The notes under the pieces were generated by a model. It was given only the letters and a program-made list of their open reading frames with translations. It did not search any database and was not told the DNA's origin. A stretch of 64,000 nucleotides of DNA, from positions 264,678,001-264,742,000 of the forward strand of contig OZ024740.1 in the NCBI GenBank assembly GCA_964016885.1. Direction: 5' to 3'. Numbering within the stretch: the first letter of the stretch is position 1; each line of letters opens with the position of its first letter. The DNA is from Eledone cirrhosa. Taxonomy: Eukaryota. The position numbers were made by a program, and so were the translations under genes. This document shows, one piece after another, positions 43,819-59,737 of the stretch.

Positions 43819-43922
43819 ACAGGTAAAATTACGTTATAACGAGTCGCATTATAACGAAATTATTTTCAATCCCCGGCCACACTCTCGATGTGTTAATTTT
43901 TTGTTGCAACGAATCTCGTTAT
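43819..43922 (+). mobile_element. pogo/Tigger-like terminal fragment
   Basis: CAGGTAAAATTACGTTATAACGAG and repeated TTATAACG motifs. Confidence 0.4.
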
Positions 43923-43952
43923 CACACACACACACACACACACATATGTATA

Positions 43953-44022
<70 letters not shown>

Positions 44023-44098
44023 CACTTATATTTATATGTATATATCTATATATATTTATACTTATATATAAGCATAAATATATATATATATATAAATA

Positions 44099-44135
<37 letters not shown>

Positions 44136-44213
44136 CATAAATATATACAGATACATATATATATATGTATATATATATATATAATATATATATATATATA
44201 ATATATATATGTA

Positions 44214-44250
<37 letters not shown>

Positions 44251-44353
44251 TATATATGTATATATATATGTATATATATAATTATAATATATATACATAT
44301 ATATGCATATACGTATATATATGTACATACATGTATGTATATATATATATATA

Positions 44354-44399
<46 letters not shown>

Positions 44400-44410
44400 A
44401 ATAAATATAC

Positions 44411-44518
<108 letters not shown>

Positions 44519-45231
44519 ATATACATATATATGTTTAAGCAAAGCATCGTTGAGGGTGAAAGCAGCGATTCTTTGCTTAAACTTTAATCTGTTATTTTAA
44601 TAAATATTTGCCCTAGGGTTCTTATATATTTGATATATATTTATCTTTACCGAGTCCTCTTTGTGTTTTAGTCTTCAAATTTATTATTATTATTAATAAT
44701 ATATATATATATATACATAAGGTAGGTGAGAGAGTCTGTTGTGATGAGATGGAGGAGACAACAAATCATGGGTGTACTTTATGCATGAGGAGGGCCAATT
44801 AAGCTTACTTAACGACATGTACCTGGACTAAGCCCCACCCGACACACTCGCCCAAGCACCTGCACTTCCCCAAGAAATCCACTTCCAAAGACCACCGGCC
44901 CACACTTTATTCACCCACGCCCTCTCGCTTATTCTCCTTAAACCAACATTCTAATGTCCACCTACCACTGCTCACTTGTAAATCTCCTTTCACGTGTAAT
45001 ACTTCCTATGTGTACATGTGTAGATCTACAATCTCTTGTATGTGTATAGTACCTATATATGTTTCTTGCAGCTGCGTGTGGGCAGACAATCCCACCACCT
45101 CATCTCCCACATAGCTATGCATGGGTCTTTGTAAGAGCGTGGTGCAGAAAATCCAACACCTTACTTTTCCCATAGGGACATACATGTACCAGTGTGTGCG
45201 CTTGTGAAATTGATTACGGATGTGCATGTGC

Positions 45232-45275
<44 letters not shown>

Positions 45276-45279
<4 letters not shown>

Positions 45280-45520
45280 AATGAATAATAACAGGTAGAC
45301 ATCATAAAAAGGTAATTTATTCCGTGCGCTTACAAATGTTTCCACGGTGGTACTACAGCCTAGTTATGCTATGTGCAAATTTACAAGTATTTGCAGAACT
45401 CAAATATACAATGCTGTGACCACTGTCTCCTCAGAGTAGTACCACCGTGGAAACATTTGTAAGCACACGGAATAAATTACCTTTTTATGATGTCTACCTG
45501 TTATTATTCATTCTTTATAT
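45276..45520. mobile_element. Fold-back remnant with long-stem-II hammerhead (45326-45436, minus)
   Basis: Arms 45276-45356 and 45436-45518; minus strand ct-CTGAGGA-gacagtggtcacagc...gctgtagtaccaccgtg-GAAA-CATTTG-TA-ag. Confidence 0.75.
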
Positions 45521-45658
45521 ACACTCCGGAATACAGAAGGATCAGGAACTAAGTTTCTTCAACAATTCTTCCATAACTCGTAGAGTAACCTCTCACCGTA
45601 CGTCAACCATATCCAGTGTAGTAATTAACCATTACTACATCTTGGATAATCCTATACC

Positions 45659-45716
<58 letters not shown>

Positions 45717-45717
<1 letters not shown>

Positions 45718-45908
45718 CGGAGGAAATGTGGTAAGGAACTAGGTGGACCATAACGCACCAAAGTACTCAATACTTAGGGTAGTAGAGTGGGTAATAGGAA
45801 CGAGTAGGACCCCGACGGATGAGCTGAAGCCGTTTCGACGGCTAATTCTGGACTAAATGAATTAGCCGTCGAAACGGCTTGAGCTCAGACGTCGGGGTCC
45901 TACTCGTT

Positions 45909-45911
<3 letters not shown>
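45717..45911. mobile_element. Fold-back family F copy
   Basis: Centre GACGGCTAATTC-tggactaaat-GAATTAGCCGTC flanked by CGTTTC / GAAACG. Confidence 0.88.
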
Positions 45912-45945
<34 letters not shown>

Positions 45946-46737
45946 CTTCACAAGACTATGCATACATGGGTATATGCATGTATGTCAACGCACATGAGTG
46001 GGTGTGTGCATGTATATGTATATATGAGCACCGTTACATATTTGTGCATGTATGTATATATACTCTACACACTCTTCCGACCTACTCATTTATTTTCTAT
46101 CTAAATTCTTACTTCACCCCACTCCTTTCACAAAAGTAATATTTGACTCTTTTATTCATCATCTGTATGTAAAACCTTCTAAAACTTCCTATATACTGAT
46201 ATGTGTGTTTGTCAATGTCTGCAGATTCCCACACATAGTACATACACTATATAACTGGTTACCAACCCATATAATGCACCTTAGCTATATTTAAATCCCT
46301 ATATTATACTTGATTTTATTTGATCCTATTTACTATTTTATTTAATCATTTGCCCATTTACTTCGATATAACCCACTTTTACTATTAATTAATCATTTCA
46401 AAATAATCCTTCAGCCTATAAGTCCCAACTTGGAGACTTGCTCCTCCAACCTCTATTTCTATGACCATTATGCCTCTTCTCCCCCTACTCCACACCTACC
46501 GCCACTTATACTAATTCCTTCACTTGACCTCTTGACTTTCCAGATACACTTACCACTATCTTATTCCCCTGGAGGTATTTCTCCATCAGACCAGTTTACT
46601 ATAATGATAACATTCAATCAACGCATTACAAAGACCAATGATCTATTTTTTCACACTCTACAAATATTACTACACCCTCGAAAAAGACTTGCTGTACACA
46701 CAAGCCGTAGCCATTTTGCACCGCGGTCGGGATGGTA

Positions 46738-46799
<62 letters not shown>

Positions 46800-46811
46800 T
46801 CTCTCTCTGAA

Positions 46812-46846
<35 letters not shown>

Positions 46847-47014
46847 TATAGATAACGAGGAATCAGGGATGCATCAAAACACAATTTAGTAACATATTAC
46901 ATATGCTTCTCCAACTATCAGCTCAAGGCAGGATCTATTACAGATCGAACCTGACTCTGCATTCGCAAGGTCCTCAGATATTTTTAGCGTTTTCAAAGCA
47001 TTTATTGCAACCTT

Positions 47015-47049
<35 letters not shown>

Positions 47050-47050
<1 letters not shown>

Positions 47051-47234
47051 GGAACGAGTAAGACCCCGACGGCTGAGCTCAAGCCATTTCGACGGGTAAT
47101 TAATTATCCGTCGAAATGGCTTGAGCTCAGCCGTCGGGGTCCTACTCGTTCCTATTACCCACTCTACTACCCTAAGTATTGAGTACTTTGGTGCGGTATG
47201 GTCCATTTGGTTCCGTACCACATTTCCTTCGTTA
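47050..47234. mobile_element. Fold-back family F copy
   Basis: Near-perfect palindrome centred at ~47100. Confidence 0.88.
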
Positions 47235-47715
47235 TATATATATACATAGAATGAAGTTTCAGCAGACAGGTAGCCAATTACACCCATTTAATAGGGACTA
47301 AGTATGGGTATGGTAGTCAAGAATGCCAGGAGACTCAACTGATAAAGTTTAGAGCACAAACTTATGCGACAAACATTTAGATAGTTAACCCTCTTTGGTC
47401 TGACGGGCAGTGACTCATAGGTTAGTCACTAACTGCTTCATGTTACCGCTGGAGAAGGTGTTACTGCATTTAGTGTCGCAAATGAGAGGCCTAGCAACGC
47501 CAGATGGGACAATTGTTAGGCCATTTGGGTGCAGCTGCCTCGAGCTGGTAAAAGACGCCTGCCCCATACATGCCATGCATTAGGATCTCGTTTATAAGAG
47601 GATGACGTGGGATGTGACTAGACTCATATCAGTATGCCAGTATGTGGAGGCCGAAAGAGTCCAGCATGTGGATCAGGTCATCGAAAACCAACAATATAGA
47701 CTGTGTAAATCACAC

Positions 47716-47870
<155 letters not shown>

Positions 47871-48274
47871 GCACAAGTACTGACTCACAAACACACACAA
47901 ATACAAAATCAAAGTGGAATGCCGTTAGGAAAATTATCGAGAACGGGTGTATGCACAAACTTACACACAGATATTCAGATATACAGAGAGATTTATATAT
48001 ATATATATAAGAAATGTAAATCTGAGTTTTTCGAATATTAATGATTATATTCGATTCGTTTGCAGTTATACAAACACCCTCTTTAAGCATGTGAGTAAAA
48101 TGACATCGTCATTCCTGATCTTGTGGTGACATTTAAACAGAACGATCTGTTTATATGCCAACACAAGAGCAAGAATTCGAAAAGATAATTTACATTTCTT
48201 GTATTCACCCAGGTAGAGCGATACAAATATTTGTAATATATATATTACATATACAAATATAAATTAGCGAGAAT

Positions 48275-48343
<69 letters not shown>

Positions 48344-48395
48344 GCATAAGGAAAGTATATACTTTCAGACGTTCAATCATCTGACAGAAAGGTAT

Positions 48396-48438
48396 ACGAT
48401 GCTGACGATAGCTAATAAGCTTGAGACTAGTACATCGT
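48396..48438 (+). ncRNA. Minimal type I hammerhead ribozyme, one core mutation
   Basis: acgatg-CTGACGA-T-agc-taataa-gct-T-GAGA-CTAG-TA-catcgt; palindromic stem III ACTAGT; GAAA mutated to GAGA. Confidence 0.7.
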
Positions 48439-48577
48439 TCCTGTGTCAGTGTTGAAGAAAAAGATGACGATGGTTGCCTGAACACTGTACGGCGTAATTC
48501 GGGCTGTTTGTTTACAAACAAACCGAGCAGTATAATAAATGTTCGGTAAACCCATGCGTACATATATATATGTGGGC

Positions 48578-48614
<37 letters not shown>

Positions 48615-48735
48615 GTACTGTACGTCTGTATACATATATGTATGTACGTATTCATACATATTTACATTTAAGTACCAGCCGTACTAACAGTGAAAAATGA
48701 AATTTCGTTTCATTCTTTTATATATATATATATAT

Positions 48736-48881
48736 ATTGTTATACTTTGGGAGTGTCATGTTGCCAATAAGAAACACATGCGTGTGTTTCTTATTGGCAA
48801 CATGACCCTCCCAAAGTATAACAATATCGGTTTCAACACACGATTTCAGATAAAGAATCTTGCTAAACAAATTCAGAAACG

Positions 48882-48882
<1 letters not shown>
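48736..48882. mobile_element. Fold-back remnant (family of 30595)
   Basis: ~43 bp arms centred at ~48780. Confidence 0.85.
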
Positions 48883-48920
<38 letters not shown>

Positions 48921-49003
48921 GAAAAATTGAACAGGGACAGAACAGAGAGGCAGTACGATAAATGTTTATTAAATTCACGCTCAGGAGAGTGGGGGGTAGG
49001 TGG

Positions 49004-49042
49004 AGGACGACGTTTCGGGCATATGCCCTTCTTCAGGTGAGA
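49004..49042 (-). ncRNA. Minimal PLE-type hammerhead motif
   Basis: CTGAAGA-AGGGCATATGCCC-GAAA-CG-TC; stem I weak. Confidence 0.6.
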
Positions 49043-50075
49043 GTTCAAAAGGTGTGTAGGGGAGTGGTGGAGAGACATATAGCGAAAGGAAACGGTGCGA
49101 ATGAAAAATTAACAAATAAAGACAAAAATATAATAAATAATAAATAAAAATAAAGCATGATCAAAATACAAGGAATGAGAAAATTTAAAAATAAAGGCAT
49201 GATCAAAATAAACTGAAATTAAAAGGGGGGTAAACAGGTGGTGGAAGGGTGTGGGGTGAGTAGAGGTGGTGGCGGGTGGAGTGGGGAGAGGGAGACGGGG
49301 TGTCCGAGCGGGGAGGGCTGAAGGTGGTGTGTGTGGTTAGGTGTGTGTGTGTGTGTGTGTATGTGAAAGTGAGGGTTGGGGAAGAACGGGGTTGCATGTT
49401 CAGGAAGGTGTGTGTGGGGGGTGTTTTTGTGGGTCGGAGGGTCTGTGCGTGTGTGGATAGGGGGTGGGGGGAGAGGAATCAGGGGGCTGAGGGTGTAAAT
49501 ATGTGGTGGGAAGCACGTGTGTGTGGTTTAAGCGTGTTGTGGGTGTGGGTGGCGTGTGGATAAAAAAAAATGTTTTGGGGTGTGTGTGTGGGTGAGTTAT
49601 ATAGGTGATGGTGTAAGAGGATGGTTGAAAGTGATAAGTTACACGGATGTATGGAGATTTTGGTTGGAAGTCAAAACGCGTGTGGGTAATCGAAGATTAG
49701 ATAGATAGATAGATATAGATAGATATATTGAACCGTGTTCTCCCCAAATTTCTCACACTCACTTCCTCACACACACACACACACAAGTTCACCTACACAC
49801 ACACATACACGCCACCTGCCACCCTCCCCGCTCGGACCCCCAATGTCCTACTCCCCTCTCCCTCCACCTCCTTCCATCCACCACTACCTCAACACGCCTC
49901 ACACCCTTTCACCAATTGTTTTCAACTTATTGTCAAACTCATGTGTTACTTTTGTTATTATTTTTTTCCTTTATTTTAATTTGTTTTCCCTCTATTTTAA
50001 TTTTTTCCTTTTCTTTTAATGTTTTTCCACCACTCCCCCAACATACTCTCTCGGAACTCCTCTCCTTCCCACCAT

Positions 50076-50112
50076 TCTCCTGATGAAGGGTTTATGCCCG
50101 AAACGTAGCTCC
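50076..50112 (+). ncRNA. Minimal PLE-type hammerhead motif
   Basis: CTGATGA-AGGGTTTATGCCC-GAAA-CG-TA; stem I weak. Confidence 0.6.
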
Positions 50113-50186
50113 CCCACTCTCAAGCGTGAACCTAATACCTAACACCTTTCGTAACTGTACTCCTTGTTGTTGTTATTTACTTTTCC

Positions 50187-50320
<134 letters not shown>

Positions 50321-50350
50321 ATATCAAAAGATGGTTAAAAGAGTTCCATG

Positions 50351-50421
50351 TATTTTACTATGCGCATTTCAAAAACAAATATCATTATGAGATGACATTT
50401 GCGTTTTCGTCAGATAAAATA
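50351..50421 (-). ncRNA. Type I hammerhead ribozyme (family B)
   Basis: CTGACGA...GAAA-TGCGCA-TA-gtaaaata. Confidence 0.8.
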
Positions 50422-50517
50422 GGGAGACATTATATGAAGGTTAAAAAGCACTTGTGAATAGTGCAGTTTTAAATCAACATATTGCTTTATTGTACTACAA
50501 TAAAACTCACCTCCTAA

Positions 50518-50535
<18 letters not shown>

Positions 50536-50557
<22 letters not shown>

Positions 50558-51139
50558 GTTGTTTATAATATTTGGCACACGACCAGCAAATACCCAGTAC
50601 ATTACTGGGACTTTATTTTATCGACCCCGTAAGGATGAAAGGCAAAGTTGACCTCGGCGGATTTGAATTCCGAATGGAAAGGGCCGAAACTCTATGCATC
50701 AGACCATTGTGTCTGACCATCTACCCTTACTGCCAATCCACCACCCTATATATATAACATAATAAAATGAAACAAAGGCGAGTTGTTCCTCCTTTATTAC
50801 GTTTATTGTTTGGTGACGCGCGTTTCGCCTCGGATATATATATATATATATATATAAAATAGTTGTTTATAATATTTGGCACACGACCAGCAAATACCCA
50901 GTACATTACTGGGACTTTATTTTATCGACCCCGTAAGGATGAAAGGCAAAGTTGACCTCGGCGGATTTGAATTCCGAATGGAAAGGGCCGAAACTCTATG
51001 CATCAGACCATTGTGTCTGACCATCTACCCTTACTGCCAATCCACCACCCTATATATATAACATAATAAAATGAAACAAAGGCGAGTTGTTCCTCCTTTA
51101 TTACGTTTATTGTTTGGTGACGCGCGTTTCGCCTCGGAT
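50536..51139. repeat. Exact 304 bp tandem duplication containing a SINE family 1 copy (minus)
   Basis: Identical ORFs at 50572 and 50876; sequence identical by eye. Confidence 0.92.
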
Positions 51140-51215
51140 CAGCTCAAGGTTCGATGTGTATCGATTCAGCCCGACTCTAATCGACGTGAACCTAAATATC
51201 GAGTGCTCACCCGAG
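51116..51215 (-). ncRNA. Degenerate long-stem-II hammerhead-like motif
   Basis: CGGGTGA-gc(a)ctcg...aggttc..tcgatt/aatcga..gaacct...cgaggc-GAAA-CGCGCG-TC; palindromic stem III ACGCGCGT. Confidence 0.45.
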
Positions 51216-51414
51216 TACATCTACTGTAGCTGCGCGTTACACTTCCTGGATATATATATAAATTAGGTCTACCTGCTGCAATTTTCAATTTGTCAAGCTG
51301 TCTAAACGTTTGTTATTACTGTAATGGCCTACCTTATTGAGTACTTTGAAGTCATTTCTAATTGTAGGTCGTTAGCTTGGCCACAGCCAAAGCTTCGATT
51401 TTACTAAGCTTCCA

Positions 51415-51454
<40 letters not shown>

Positions 51455-51660
51455 TATATAAACAGCCGAAGCTTACCCCGACGGCTAAGCTCCAGCCGTT
51501 TCGACGGCTGAATCATTTCCTATTACGCATTCTACTACCACAGGTATCGAATCCTCTGGTGGGTTATGGTCTAGCTGGCTTTTACCACACCCTATTTGAC
51601 ATGTATGTATATATATACATATACATATATACATATATATATATATGTATACATATATAC

Positions 51661-51801
<141 letters not shown>

Positions 51802-52000
51802 CATATATGTAGATAGATGTGTTAATACTTATACAAATATTTACCCTTGTGTTGACTCACAACATGTAAAACATTTGTATGTATCATAAATCATTATTCA
51901 GTAGAACAGGATTTTTGCGAATTCCGGTTAGTCATACGTAGGCATACACACCAAAATAAGTGTCGTTATAAAAAGATATATTTAACAGACACACATAAGC

Positions 52001-52149
<149 letters not shown>

Positions 52150-52155
52150 AGAGAG

Positions 52156-52188
<33 letters not shown>

Positions 52189-52337
52189 ATATATAGAGAG
52201 AGAGAGATATAGATATATAGATATACATATGTATTTAAACAAATTATGTAAATATGTTTATATATGTATGTGTGTGTGAGGCACATTTATCTATAATGAT
52301 GTATACATACATATAAATATAATATAATATATATATA

Positions 52338-52370
<33 letters not shown>

Positions 52371-52371
52371 T

Positions 52372-52463
<92 letters not shown>

Positions 52464-52603
52464 TATATACATATATATGTAGAGGTTATATTTAATTTGT
52501 TGGGATACAACAAGCAAAATAATTTTATAACTGATATAAAGTACTTAACAAAATTATTGGATTAATAATTGTCTATATTTATTCATAAAACTAATCTATA
52601 TTA

Positions 52604-52669
52604 TATTTTATCTGATGAAAGCGCAACATAGTTTGCCTTGGTGGCCCTTGAAATATGTATAATGAAATA
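52604..52669 (+). ncRNA. Type I hammerhead ribozyme
   Basis: tattttat-CTGATGA-aag...ctt-GAAA-TATGTA-TA-atgaaata; 8 bp stem I. Confidence 0.78.
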
Positions 52670-52738
52670 AATATGATTTTATAAATATAGATTCCATTTG
52701 CTAATATATTCTATACACATATATATATATATATATAG

Positions 52739-52926
52739 TAGTAGAGTGGGTAATAGGAACGAGTAGGACCACGACGGCTGAGCTCAAGCCGTTTCGACGG
52801 TAATTCTGGACTAAATGAATTAGCCGTCGTGGTCCTTCTCCTTCTTATTACCCACTCTACTACCCTAAGTATTGAGTACTTTGGTGCCTTATGGTCCATC
52901 TGGTTCATTACCACATTTCCTTCGTT
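52739..52926. mobile_element. Fold-back family F copy
   Basis: Same family; GAAA/stem III block missing from the plus arm. Confidence 0.85.
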
Positions 52927-53196
52927 ATATATATATATATAAATTAAAATAAATTAAAGTTTAAGGAAGGAATTGCTGCTTTTACCCTTAACGGGATCTT
53001 ATGTATATATATATAAATATGAATATATATATACATATATATATATATATGAATATGAATATATATATACACATATATATATATACTGATTGTATATTTA
53101 TATGTATATATATATATATATATAAACAAACAAGTATATATAAACATATATACATATATGTAAAATATATGTATATAACATATATATATATATATG

Positions 53197-53227
<31 letters not shown>

Positions 53228-53261
53228 GTATATATATATACATATATATAAAATAATAATA

Positions 53262-53306
<45 letters not shown>

Positions 53307-53324
53307 TGTATATTATTATTATTC

Positions 53325-53359
<35 letters not shown>

Positions 53360-53385
53360 ATATATATATATACATATATATATAC

Positions 53386-53416
<31 letters not shown>

Positions 53417-53506
53417 CATATATATTCACATATATATATATATTTATATACACATATGTTATATATATAAATATATATATATAACATATATATATATATA
53501 TATAAC

Positions 53507-53537
<31 letters not shown>

Positions 53538-53542
53538 ACATA

Positions 53543-53588
<46 letters not shown>

Positions 53589-53685
53589 TATGAACATATA
53601 TACTTGCAAACAAGCATTCATATATACATAATGCATACTTACGGGTACACATATATACACGCATATATAATATATATATATATAT

Positions 53686-53798
<113 letters not shown>

Positions 53799-53979
53799 TA
53801 TATACATATATATATACATATATATATACATATATATAAATATATATATACATATGTATATACGTATACATATACATTTACATATATATATACATATATA
53901 TATATATACATATACATATATATATGTATACATATATATATACATATGTATATACATATATATATATATATTTATATAT

Positions 53980-54403
53980 AACTTTGAATAACTTTGAAAT
54001 GTTTTGGCCAGTATTGGCCCAGGCCATGTCTAACTTAATAGCACCACCTGGCGAAGTCTTTCAATTCAGGATTTGGGCACCATGGCCCATTCGAGAAGAG
54101 AATTACTGTTTGCGGAGACATATCCGGGTATGGATGGTTTGTCCGGGATTACTTGGAGGAATTTGTCCAAAGACTTCTTGAATTTTTGTGTGGTCAGTTT
54201 CTGTTTTGACGTGTCCTGGTGTGATGTTGAAGAGAGCAGGGCCGATTGAGGTGAAATAATTGTGCCGTATTGTTGTTATGAGTTGCGATTTAGATTTTTG
54301 AATGGGACGGATAGCACGGGGCCCAAGCCTTGGGTGTATCTTGAAGGCGATGCCAACATCATTTGGGCAGTGATGATGGAACATTTTCCACATCATGCAG
54401 ATA
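53980..54403 (-). mobile_element. CR1/L2-group-like LINE 3' end with (TTCAAAGTTA)n tail
   Basis: ORF 54103-54396 [11 protein letters not shown]...[14 protein letters not shown]; tail repeat at 53980-54000. Confidence 0.72.
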
Positions 54404-54407
54404 ATAC

Positions 54408-54495
<88 letters not shown>

Positions 54496-54522
54496 GTATA
54501 TACATATATATGTATATATATG

Positions 54523-54583
<61 letters not shown>

Positions 54584-54602
54584 GTATATATATATATATA
54601 AG

Positions 54603-54675
<73 letters not shown>

Positions 54676-54747
54676 GTATTTCGGTTCATTTTTTCCGTTT
54701 ATATATATATGTGTGTATATATATGTGTATATATATGTATATATATA

Positions 54748-54819
<72 letters not shown>

Positions 54820-55241
54820 CATTTGTATAGTATAAGATATATATATATACATATATATATACATATCTATATACATATATATATAAATATATATATACAT
54901 ATGTATATACATATACATATATTTTCACTTATATATATACATATATATATATACATATACATATATATATATACATATATATATACATATGTATATACAT
55001 ATATACATATACATATATATATATATATATACATATGTATATACATATATATACACATATATATACATATATATGTATACGTATGTATATACATATATAT
55101 ATACATATATATATGTAAATATGTATATATATATATATGTGTATATATATATATATTTGTATATATATATATGTATATATATATATATGTATATTTATAT
55201 ATTTATATTTATAAGTATGTATTTCGTTTCAATTTTCCGTT

Positions 55242-55298
<57 letters not shown>

Positions 55299-55313
55299 GT
55301 GTGTATATATATG

Positions 55314-55346
<33 letters not shown>

Positions 55347-55492
55347 GTATATACATATATATACATATATATATATGTATATATATATGTATATATATGT
55401 ATATATATATATATATATATATTGTTATACTTTGGGAGGGTCATGTTGCCTAAGAAACGCACGCAACATTCGCTTTCACTCCAATTTATATA

Positions 55493-55528
<36 letters not shown>

Positions 55529-55529
55529 C

Positions 55530-55589
<60 letters not shown>

Positions 55590-55658
55590 AAAAAGGGATG
55601 AAATCGAAAATGCAACTGAAGTCTTATTTTTTTTTAAAATATATATATTTATTTGGTT

Positions 55659-55696
55659 CCTTTACCGGTTTCGCAGTTCTTCTGCTTTTCAAAAGG
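55659..55696 (-). ncRNA. PLE pLTR hammerhead motif with variant core
   Basis: cctt-TTGAAAA-gcag-aagaa-ctgc-GAAA-CCGG-TA-aagg; palindromic stem III ACCGGT. Confidence 0.6.
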
Positions 55697-56722
55697 TGAG
55701 TTGAGATGGAGGGCCTGTGGTTTTTCTCACATCTGGTTGGTCTCTAAATGTTACTTGTTTTATATGGAAAAAGTGGCTCGAAAACCAGTTTTTCGAGAAG
55801 TAATTTGATTGGTTTGTCAATAATTATAATAAATTTCGCGCCAGTTCGCGTTTCAATAGTTCTTCAAATAAGAGAGAGAGAGGGGGGGGGGGGGTTGTCA
55901 CAGGATGTTTTTTCATATATGAGTGTTTGAATTTCTTTTTACTTGAAAAAATGAGGCTCACGAAGGCTTTTTTTTGGTTGGTTATAAATGAAATTTGGCT
56001 GTCACGTGAACAAGTTTTCATTACATTTTGGCGCCCTTATTTGGAAAACTATTCTGTAGTCTTTATAGTGAATGTTATGACAATGGAGAGATAGTGGTCA
56101 AGGGAAAAGGGATTGGGAGAAATGTTCTGGTTCAGTGAATATGGCCAGCTGTCAGAGTTCAGGTGTCAGAGTTCAGATTTTCTATTGAGACTGAAGATAT
56201 GTGTTTATTTGTGTGCTTGTGTGTGTGTATGTGTGTATTGGAAGATGATTCTATTAGTAGAGATGGGGGAGGGAGTTGTGTGTGTGTATATGGGTGTTAT
56301 GTGTGTGTGTGCGAGTATGTTAGATAGAGAGAATATATATTTTTTGTGTGTGTGTATATATATATGTGTGTAGGAAAGTAGTTCTATTAGTAGAAATGGG
56401 GAGGGTGTTGTAGGTGTGGGGGTTGTTATGTGTGTGTATGGGTGTTATGTGTGTGGGAGTATGGTTAGCATGTTAAGATGAAGAGAATATATATATATAT
56501 ATATATATATATTGTGTGTGTGTATGTGTGTGTGTAGGAAAATGATTCCTTTAGTAGGAATATTTTTGAATGAACATATTTTCCTGACTTTTTCGTGTTT
56601 GCTGTTGTATTGCCAGTGCAAACGTATGTTTAAGGTTTATTTAGTTCGGGTTTTTATTTTCTAAAGTAGAAGGTGTTATGTGTGTGTGTGTATGTCATAT
56701 TGTGGTGTTAACATAATGTATA

Positions 56723-57850
56723 TTAAACCTTATTTAATGTTGGTCTATATTTTTGAATAAACATATTTTCCTTATTTATTCGCATTTGTTCTGTTGTATT
56801 GTTAGCGCAAAGGTAAAATGGGAAGACTTGGAATGTGGGTGTCTTATTACTTGCGCAAATGTCTAGATTGCACTTAGTGGTATCTGTCTCGTGGTTGGAT
56901 CTCGTAATTGTTGGCGATGAACTGTCATTCTGTTTCTGAGTGTGAGTTTAGTTTGTCCTATATAATCTTCATTGCATCCTTTACATTTAATGGCATAAAC
57001 TAGATTTTTTGATGAGCAAGTGAAGTGATTTTTTACAGTAAAATTTTGTCCTGATTTAAATGTATACGTGTTGCCTTCGATGAGGTGAGTGCAGGTTCCA
57101 CAATTAGAGAGACCACATTTTTTGATACTTGGTTGTGGGTTTGTGGTAGGTAATTTGGCATTGGTGAGTAATATTTTCAGTGATTTTGGTTGTCTTTTGC
57201 TTTTGATTATTTTGTGTGTTTCAAGGGCTTTTTTCATTCTTGGGTTTTGTTTTAGTAGTGGGATGTTATTGTGAATAGTGTTGTAAGCTTCCGCATTTCT
57301 TGGGTTGTGTGTTGAGATATATGATAGAATATTGGACGTACCTTGAATTTGTTTCTGTTTCCGTAATTCATCAATGCCTATTGCTTTAGCTCTTTCTATT
57401 CCATTATTTATTAGTAATAGTGGGTACTCTCTCTCAAGTAGAATTTCCTTTAATTCTTGAAGTCTTTTATTTCGCGTTTCATAATTGGAGACAATTGTGC
57501 AAATTCTTCTTGCTAGGTTAAAAGCAATGTTCGTCTTCGTGTGCTTTGGATGGTTGGAGGTGAATAGCAGATATTGTTTGGAATCTGTTGGTTTGTAGTG
57601 TATGTCAGTTTCGATATTTGTGTCTTTTTTTGTGATTAAGATGTCCAGAAATGGGAGTTGATCTTGGCTGTATTCCATTGTGAATTGGATGTGGTTATTG
57701 ATGCCGTTTATTAAGTTTTTGAAATCCTTCAGTTGGTCGAGTGTGTGGGACCAAAGAATGAGGCAATCATCCAAGTAGCGTTTCCAATTCTCTGATAAAT
57801 ATTTGTGGAAGTTCAATCCGTATTTTGATTTGGACTGTTCATATATCTGT
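56723..57850 (-). pseudogene. PLE reverse transcriptase / GIY-YIG endonuclease ORF (partial, one frameshift near 56868)
   Basis: Listed ORF 56863-57816; adding one base continues ...LDICASNKTPTFQVFPFYLCANNTTEQMRINKENMFIQKYRPTLNKV* to 56723. Confidence 0.88.
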
Positions 57851-57865
57851 AAAAAAAAACCTCAC

Positions 57866-58432
<567 letters not shown>

Positions 58433-58619
58433 GTATATATATATATATGTATATATACATATATATGTATATATATATATATATTTACATATATATGTAT
58501 ACATGTATATGTATACATATATATGTATATATATGTATAACTTTGAATAACTTTGAATAACTTTGTATATATATATATACATATATATGTATATATATGT
58601 ATATACATATATATACATA

Positions 58620-58675
<56 letters not shown>

Positions 58676-58785
58676 TATGTATATATATATAAATACATAT
58701 ATATGTATATATATATATATATACATATAAATGTATATATATATATATACATATATATGTATATATAAATATATACATATATATG

Positions 58786-58975
<190 letters not shown>

Positions 58976-59009
58976 TATATATATATATACATATATATTT
59001 ACATGAAAA

Positions 59010-59500
59010 ATATGAAAACATGGCGTGCTGCGTGCTTGCAAGTGGGTTACATATGAATAAAATTAGTCCTTCTACAGCGATCTTCCAGCCTTCATTGGTA
59101 TTTCATCGCGTTAAAAATGATATACCTCTGGTTGGTACGAGCAACGGCTAAAGAAAGTTGTTCGGACACGTAAAATAGGGTGAAACGAGCTAGACATGTA
59201 AACAAACAAAGATGGTAATGCATCGAAAAGTGTCAAGTCCCTGAAATCGATGAACTTAAGTTCTGTGAAATCGTAGACGAGAGATAAAGACCATCCAACC
59301 TGGGTGAAATGTGAGCGAGAAAAAGATTTCACACAGGTCAAACGGGAGGAAGTGATGGAGAGGGAGTAGCAGAGAGTGAGTGAGTGAATGTGTGAGGAAA
59401 AGGCTAACTGAGATATTGACTGGCAGAGGGGGTAAAAAGAAAGTGAGAGATACAGAGAAAGGGGAAGCAGTAAGAAACAGACGGGTCACAGCGGAAGAAA
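59010..59500 (-). repeat. ~490 bp (TA)n-flanked repeat family copy
   Basis: Colinear with 37125-37625. Confidence 0.85.
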
Positions 59501-59524
59501 ATATATAAATATATATATATATAC

Positions 59525-59596
<72 letters not shown>

Positions 59597-59687
59597 CGGT
59601 AGAATACTGGAAGATAATATCCGTAGTGGTAGAGCACTCAGTCCATGGGACGAGTTAGGTAGAAGTGGTTACACAACAGTTAGTTCA

Positions 59688-59737
59688 CCATACCGAGAAC
59701 AATTGTTTCACCTCAGCGGATCCTCAGCTCGTAATGG
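59688..59737 (-). ncRNA. Type I hammerhead ribozyme in a 145 bp island (59596-59741)
   Basis: ccattacgag-CTGAGGA-T-cc-gctga-gg-T-GAAA-CAATTG-TT-ctcggtatgg; palindromic stem III ACAATTGT. Confidence 0.78.
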
